From IMG/VR virus record IMGVR_UViG_3300048670_001567, positions 1 to 64,000 of that record: a stretch of 64,000 bases of DNA; one strand, written 5' to 3'. This stretch comes from a virus. Lineage: Duplodnaviria; Caudoviricetes. Below are positions 59,768-64,000 of the stretch, one piece after another (within the stretch, counting starts at the first letter, position 1; every line of letters starts with the position of its first letter). Position numbers and translations under genes: made by a program. The notes below the pieces were generated by a model. The model searched no databases. It saw only the letters and a list, made by a program, of their open reading frames with translations, and was not told where the DNA came from.

Positions 59768-60247
59768 TTAGGTCACGTTCCATTCAGTTCCATTAAACAC
59801 CACGGTGATGCTGCCATAGTCCAGGTCGATGACATAATTGGCCTGACCGTCAATGGTGGTACCAGCAGGCACCACGTTGATGTTGTTGGTGGTGGCGTCA
59901 CCGTCAATGTCCTTGATCACATAAACTTTACCAGTCACACTGACCGGCAAGTTCAGTGTCACGGGACCTGCCACATCCACACCCAGAAAGTATTGAGCAC
60001 TGTTGGCAGTGAAGGGTGTAGTAGTAATTATTGTCACTGGCACGTTTGCAAGTGTGCCGGCAGGCCCTGGTGGCCCTGGTGGCCCAGGTGGCCCAGGTGG
60101 TCCGACACCACCACCAATGTTGATGATGTCATTGCCCAGCCCACCAAAATTACTGGTGGCAATCTGCGGGACTGCGGTGGGCACAACTGGGCGTCGGAAT
60201 ATTGCAGGACGTCTGCGAGCAGGCAGAAACAATGATAATGGTATCAT
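59768..60247 (-). CDS. Collagen-like (GPP)n protein with C-terminal beta domain
   Basis: GPPGPPGPPGPPGPAG. Confidence 0.75.
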   Translation of the reverse strand: MIPLSLFLPARRRPAIFRRPVVPTAVPQIATSNFGGLGNDIINIGGGVGPPGPPGPPGPPGPAGTLANVPVTIITTTPFTANSAQYFLGVDVAGPVTLNLPVSVTGKVYVIKDIDGDATTNNINVVPAGTTIDGQANYVIDLDYGSITVVFNGTEWNVT

Positions 60248-60675
60248 GATTTACTCCAAGTGGCTCGAAGCCGATTGAATCGGTCCATGATGCCGTCGGT
60301 GGCTGCGGTGACCTCTGTGAATAAGTTGTTGTCCACAGTTGCAGCTGGCTCAGTGTTGGCTTCAGTATTGACGGGTTCAACTACAATTGCAGGTTGAACT
60401 TGTGTTGTTGTGGTGTCAACTGAAGGGTCACTGACTAATAGTGTCTTGCTTAACTCAATGGCGCGGGCCAATATGTCAGTCTCTGAAGGATATAGTGGTG
60501 GTATGGGATAGGGCAGCAATGCACCTTTGGTGCGCCAGGCCTCATCAGCATCTCGCAACCACTGCAGATGATCTTCAGCACGTTGAGCGATAAACTCGCT
60601 GACCAATTGCTCTCGGGCCATCTTTAAAATTTCCACATTTTTTGATAGGGTTTCTGAAGTCATGATGTTATCCAA
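60244..60675 (-). CDS. Hypothetical protein, paralog of 56143..56709
   Basis: EILKMARE...YPIPPLYPSETDILARA. Confidence 0.75.
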   Translation of the reverse strand: MDNIMTSETLSKNVEILKMAREQLVSEFIAQRAEDHLQWLRDADEAWRTKGALLPYPIPPLYPSETDILARAIELSKTLLVSDPSVDTTTTQVQPAIVVEPVNTEANTEPAATVDNNLFTEVTAATDGIMDRFNRLRATWSKS

Positions 60676-60919
60676 TACGATCTAAAAAAATCATGGTCAA
60701 TGACACAGTCAATGACATCACGGCAGTGGCCACACCAATGGCCTTGATGATTTGTTCGCGGCCCTGTGACCTCATTCGAGTGAGTTCGTCAATCTCTGCT
60801 TCAGCCTGGGCCAGTCTGCGCTCAATGGCTCGATAACGATGACCACATATTTCCACATGTGCTTCCAAATTGTCTTTTTCAATGTCATCTGACTTTTTTG
60901 TGGTGTGGTGAACTATCAT
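60668..60919 (-). CDS. Coiled-coil protein with C-terminal TM helix, paralog of 32393..32659
   Basis: IEKDNLEAHVEICGHRY. Confidence 0.7.
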   Translation of the reverse strand: MIVHHTTKKSDDIEKDNLEAHVEICGHRYRAIERRLAQAEAEIDELTRMRSQGREQIIKAIGVATAVMSLTVSLTMIFLDRIG

Positions 60920-60924
60920 TTAAA

Positions 60925-61629
60925 TTATCCTATGACGAACGACAGAGGATACTGTGATATTATCCCTCTGCTAATTAGATCAGCAATGCTGGTATATCCC
61001 CGATTGGTGTGATTGGGAATGCCACTGACTGCCACTTTGAGGATATTATCCAGGGCAATACTGTCAGCAGCAAAATCTTTATCGTATCTGGCCTGGAAGT
61101 CTTCCAGCCAGAATCTGGTCAGAGTGACCATCATTTCCGACATCAGGTCTCGAGGCCACTGACTGGGATTGAGTTCGTTAAGGTACAGGGCCAACTCATC
61201 AGCCTGTTTGCTCCAGATGGTTTCAAATACTTCGACATCACGTCGATTCTTTATGGCATCAACCACCTTGGTGCCGTTGACGGCTATGGCAGTCAACAAG
61301 TTGCCCACCCGGGTACCAGCAGCTATACCATAGTAGGGCACAAAAAAATTACCAATTTCTGCTGCAGATTTTTTTAGATTTTTCTCCACAGTGGGCGTAC
61401 TGTCCAGATTACCAAAGTCACTGACACTGAAGTTGATCATGCCCAGACTGAATCTGGTCCAGAGTGTTCGGCTATCCATTCTGAATACCAGTGTGCGTTC
61501 GTTGATCACCAGAGCAGGCAGTTCGCCTGTGACGGGAGTCACCACCGATGCTGCTTTGATTGCACGAGATAGACCCGCAACATCATCGAAATGTTCTTCA
61601 ACAATATCGTGTGTGATTTTTTTGTACAT
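60925..61629 (-). CDS. Helical-bundle protein
   Basis: MYKKITHDIVEEH; R.LW, PYYG, ADELA..L..LNP..W. Confidence 0.75.
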   Translation of the reverse strand: MYKKITHDIVEEHFDDVAGLSRAIKAASVVTPVTGELPALVINERTLVFRMDSRTLWTRFSLGMINFSVSDFGNLDSTPTVEKNLKKSAAEIGNFFVPYYGIAAGTRVGNLLTAIAVNGTKVVDAIKNRRDVEVFETIWSKQADELALYLNELNPSQWPRDLMSEMMVTLTRFWLEDFQARYDKDFAADSIALDNILKVAVSGIPNHTNRGYTSIADLISRGIISQYPLSFVIG

Positions 61630-61640
61630 GTGTTGTTCTC

Positions 61641-61826
61641 TTAGTAAATTGCAGTGGGTGAAAAAATCTGGTTGATGCCAGCAGCCGCACCAGTATTGAT
61701 GACACTCTGATTGGCCAGCTGACTTTGAAAAGCATTAACGCCATAGTTTGCGTAGTATGATTGATAGGGTGGATACAAGGGTTGCATATATGGACTTCTG
61801 TAGTACGGATAGTAATAACCAAACAT
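61641..61826 (-). CDS. Tyr/Pro-rich 61-aa peptide ending in the NAFQSQ..Q.VINTG motif
   Basis: AGGAG RBS; motif shared with 62062..62619 and 62631..63191. Confidence 0.8.
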   Translation of the reverse strand: MFGYYYPYYRSPYMQPLYPPYQSYYANYGVNAFQSQLANQSVINTGAAAGINQIFSPTAIY

Positions 61827-61846
61827 TTTGTTAATCTCCTATTAAA

Positions 61847-61871
61847 ATAGCGGGCTCTAAGAGCCCGCTAT
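61847..61871 (-). terminator. Perfect 11-bp hairpin (terminator or attenuator)
   Basis: ATAGCGGGCTC-3 nt-GAGCCCGCTAT with a short T-tract on the minus strand. Confidence 0.7.
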
Positions 61872-61879
61872 CACTACTT

Positions 61880-62041
61880 TTAGTACGGATAACCGTAGAA
61901 GCCGCCCCAGTATGGATATGCAAAACCTCCATAGTAGGGATATCCTATGCCTGCTGCCAGGTATGGTCTCATACCAAACCCACCGCAGCCGCCATATGGA
62001 TAACAACCGCCAAAGCCACCGTAACCCCATGGTCTAAACAT
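61880..62041 (-). CDS. Gly/Tyr-rich 53-aa peptide (MFRPWGYGGFGGCYPYGGCGG...YGYPY; not in the ORF track)
   Basis: AAGGAGG RBS; fills the gap exactly. Confidence 0.8.
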   Translation of the reverse strand: MFRPWGYGGFGGCYPYGGCGGFGMRPYLAAGIGYPYYGGFAYPYWGGFYGYPY

Positions 62042-62061
62042 AATGCTTTTCCTCCTTTGGG

Positions 62062-62619
62062 TTAAGTCCCAATACGTGTTGGATTATTGTTCTGTGTGGT
62101 GTTGGCAATGTTGCCAGTATTAACCACACGTTGACCGCTAATCTGACTACCAAATGCATTGATTAAACTATTGGTGTTGGCACTTTGTACTGCACTGTTC
62201 AACCCACCGTACGCCAGACCCAGACCACCATAGGCAACACCCACGCCAGTCAAGGCAGTGTTGGTGTTGATCAATGCTGTGTTCAGGTTCTGTGTGTTCA
62301 GGAAGTTGACCAAACCACGAGTGGCTTCGCCTTGTTCCATGACCAAACGCTGGGTTGACATGGCCGAGGCGCCCACTGCAGCACCACCGCGCGATTCGGC
62401 CAACATGGCTTCCACAGTGCCTTTGTTAACTGCCTGCTTGAGATCAGCAAATGCTGATGTATTACGCAAGGCCACCTGCATGCCACGATTGTTGATGTCG
62501 TTGGTCTGTGCAACACTTAGTTTATATCCTTCAAACACACCATCAGAAACCTTGGTCTTGGTAGCCTCGATTTCTCTTGATAGTGCGTAGAAGGGATCCA
62601 TTGTAAATTCTCCAGCCAT
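62062..62619 (-). CDS. Asn/Gly/Ala-rich protein, tandem paralog B
   Basis: MDPFYALSREIEATKTKVSD; LNTQNLNTALINTNTAL; AYGGLGLAYGGL. Confidence 0.85.
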   Translation of the reverse strand: MAGEFTMDPFYALSREIEATKTKVSDGVFEGYKLSVAQTNDINNRGMQVALRNTSAFADLKQAVNKGTVEAMLAESRGGAAVGASAMSTQRLVMEQGEATRGLVNFLNTQNLNTALINTNTALTGVGVAYGGLGLAYGGLNSAVQSANTNSLINAFGSQISGQRVVNTGNIANTTQNNNPTRIGT

Positions 62620-62630
62620 TTTATATCTCC

Positions 62631-63191
62631 TTAAAGGATGTTAGTGGGGTTCGCTGTCTGAGTTGTACCAGTCATTGTCCCAGTATTGATAACACCTTGG
62701 CTTGCTAGTTGGCTTTGAAAAGCATTGATCGCACTGTTGGTGTTAGCACTCTGATAGGCAGTGTTCAAACCACCATAAGCCAGACCCAAACCACCGTAAG
62801 CCAGACCACCACCAACCAATGCTGTGTTGGTATTGATCAGTGCTGTGTTTAGGTTCTGTGTGTTCAGTGCGTTGACCAAACCACGTGTGCGCTCGGCTTC
62901 TTCCATGATCAGACGTTGTGTTGCCATGGCAGTTGCGCCAATCTGTGCGTCTGTGCGACTTGCTGCCAACATGGTTTGCAGTGTACCGTCTGCTACGGCT
63001 TGCTTGAGATCAGCCAATGCTGTGGCATCATGCAGAGCAACCTGCATGGCACGATTGTTGATGTCGTTGGTTTGAGCTACTTGTAGTTTGTAGTTCTCAA
63101 AAATACTGTCTGAAACTTTGGTCTTGGTTGCTTCTATTTCTCTGCTTAGAGCATAGAAAGGATCCATTACATAACTTGTTCCGTCGGCCAT
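62631..63191 (-). CDS. Asn/Gly/Ala-rich protein, tandem paralog A
   Basis: Same blocks as paralog B; strong AGGAG RBS. Confidence 0.85.
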   Translation of the reverse strand: MADGTSYVMDPFYALSREIEATKTKVSDSIFENYKLQVAQTNDINNRAMQVALHDATALADLKQAVADGTLQTMLAASRTDAQIGATAMATQRLIMEEAERTRGLVNALNTQNLNTALINTNTALVGGGLAYGGLGLAYGGLNTAYQSANTNSAINAFQSQLASQGVINTGTMTGTTQTANPTNIL

Positions 63192-63292
63192 TTTATATAT
63201 CTCCTAATTAAGATTATGAGCATTTTTTCATACTCATAGATACTTAGAAGATATATGGTGGCGATTTGCTCGACTTGAGTCTGACCTGTACT

Positions 63293-63997
63293 TTAATTGA
63301 TAGTACTTTTACTTCGCTGATTAAACAGCACCAACTGAGTACGATTCTTGACACCGTATTTTTTAAATATGGCACTCATGTGCAATTTTACAGTGCTTTC
63401 GGATATCCGGAGCAGTCTGGCGATGACCTTGTTGCTGGCGCCCCGTTCAGACACCAACTTCAAAATTTGATCCTGGCGGGGAGTCAGTATGATATCACCG
63501 TCCCGTATCAGATCTCGAGAAGTTTTCTTGCGAGGGTGCATCAACTGTTGGATCTTTTCCGGAATGTGTGGATGGCCTGCTTCCAGTTCATCCAGAGCCA
63601 GCTTTTTCTCCAGTGGAGTAAACTCATCACCACCGGGATAGATACCCAATATGCCAGTACTCAGGGCATCTCTGATTAGGTGTGTGTCAGTGCTCATATC
63701 TGCTCGAACTGCCACCCAAGTGGCCCTGCGTTGAGTTCGACCCTGTTCTGTCCTGTACACAGTGCATTTTATCAGAGTCAGCAATGTCTGCAATATTTCA
63801 TAAACTTCACTGATTTGATTTTTAGCGAAATGTGACAGGTCCACCACAATCAAATCAATACAGACGTTGGCGTCACTGATCAAAGGAAATAGTTCCTGAA
63901 TGGTGTCAATTTTACTATAGCATCTGCCAGAACTGGCGGCTGTTCGTTGCATGTCCAGACAGTGTTCTTGTGCATTTACATAAATTATATTAGGCAT
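63293..63997 (-). CDS. LuxR/NarL-family regulator (degenerate receiver domain + HTH)
   Basis: LTPRQ.QIL.LV..GASNK.IA..L.ISESTVKLHM..IFKK.GV.NRTQ. Confidence 0.9.
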   Translation of the reverse strand: MPNIIYVNAQEHCLDMQRTAASSGRCYSKIDTIQELFPLISDANVCIDLIVVDLSHFAKNQISEVYEILQTLLTLIKCTVYRTEQGRTQRRATWVAVRADMSTDTHLIRDALSTGILGIYPGGDEFTPLEKKLALDELEAGHPHIPEKIQQLMHPRKKTSRDLIRDGDIILTPRQDQILKLVSERGASNKVIARLLRISESTVKLHMSAIFKKYGVKNRTQLVLFNQRSKSTIN

Positions 63998-64000
63998 GTT

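Noticed and set aside
62062-63191. R-body (Reb) or gas-vesicle proteins
   Set aside because: Composition is similar, but Reb and GvpA signature motifs and lengths do not match
1-64000. Bacterial chromosome interpretation (dnaK, iscU, fliC, rpsU)
   Set aside because: The host-like genes lack their usual operon partners and are embedded among T4-like replication genes, late promoters and phage hypothetical genes
1-64000. Stop-codon reassignment
   Set aside because: Conserved genes are full length and tightly packed under the standard code

Overview
This window is a gene-dense segment, mostly on the minus strand, of a large T4-like (jumbo-type) tailed phage. It is not a bacterial chromosome. 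Evidence for a phage: gp41-like helicase, gp61-like primase, UvsW-like helicase, class Ia NrdAB with glutaredoxin, fibre proteins, repeated TATAAATA late-promoter motifs, and near-perfect sigma70 promoters in front of small early genes. The host-derived genes (dnaK, hsp20, clpS, rpsU, rpoZ-like, def, iscU/iscA, PBP7-like peptidase, phasin-like) look proteobacterial, probably Betaproteobacteria (inference). Five items stand out. (1) An ~8.6 kb cluster headed by a LuxR-type regulator (55.4-64 kb). It encodes paired Asn/Gly/Ala-rich proteins, Gly/Tyr-rich micro-peptides, collagen-like and short fibre proteins, duplicated helical proteins and a papain-like protease, and resembles a spore-coat or exosporium-like self-assembling envelope. 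(2) A three-gene flagellar cassette: FliS-like, minimal flagellin and FlgK-like. (3) A stand-alone pqqA precursor-peptide gene missed by the ORF track. (4) ROSE-like RNA thermometer hairpins on dnaK, hsp20 and the phasin-like gene. (5) A 705-aa multidomain protein inserted between nrdA and nrdB, and a miniature DnaE-like protein. All functional calls come from motif recognition by eye; no database searches were run.
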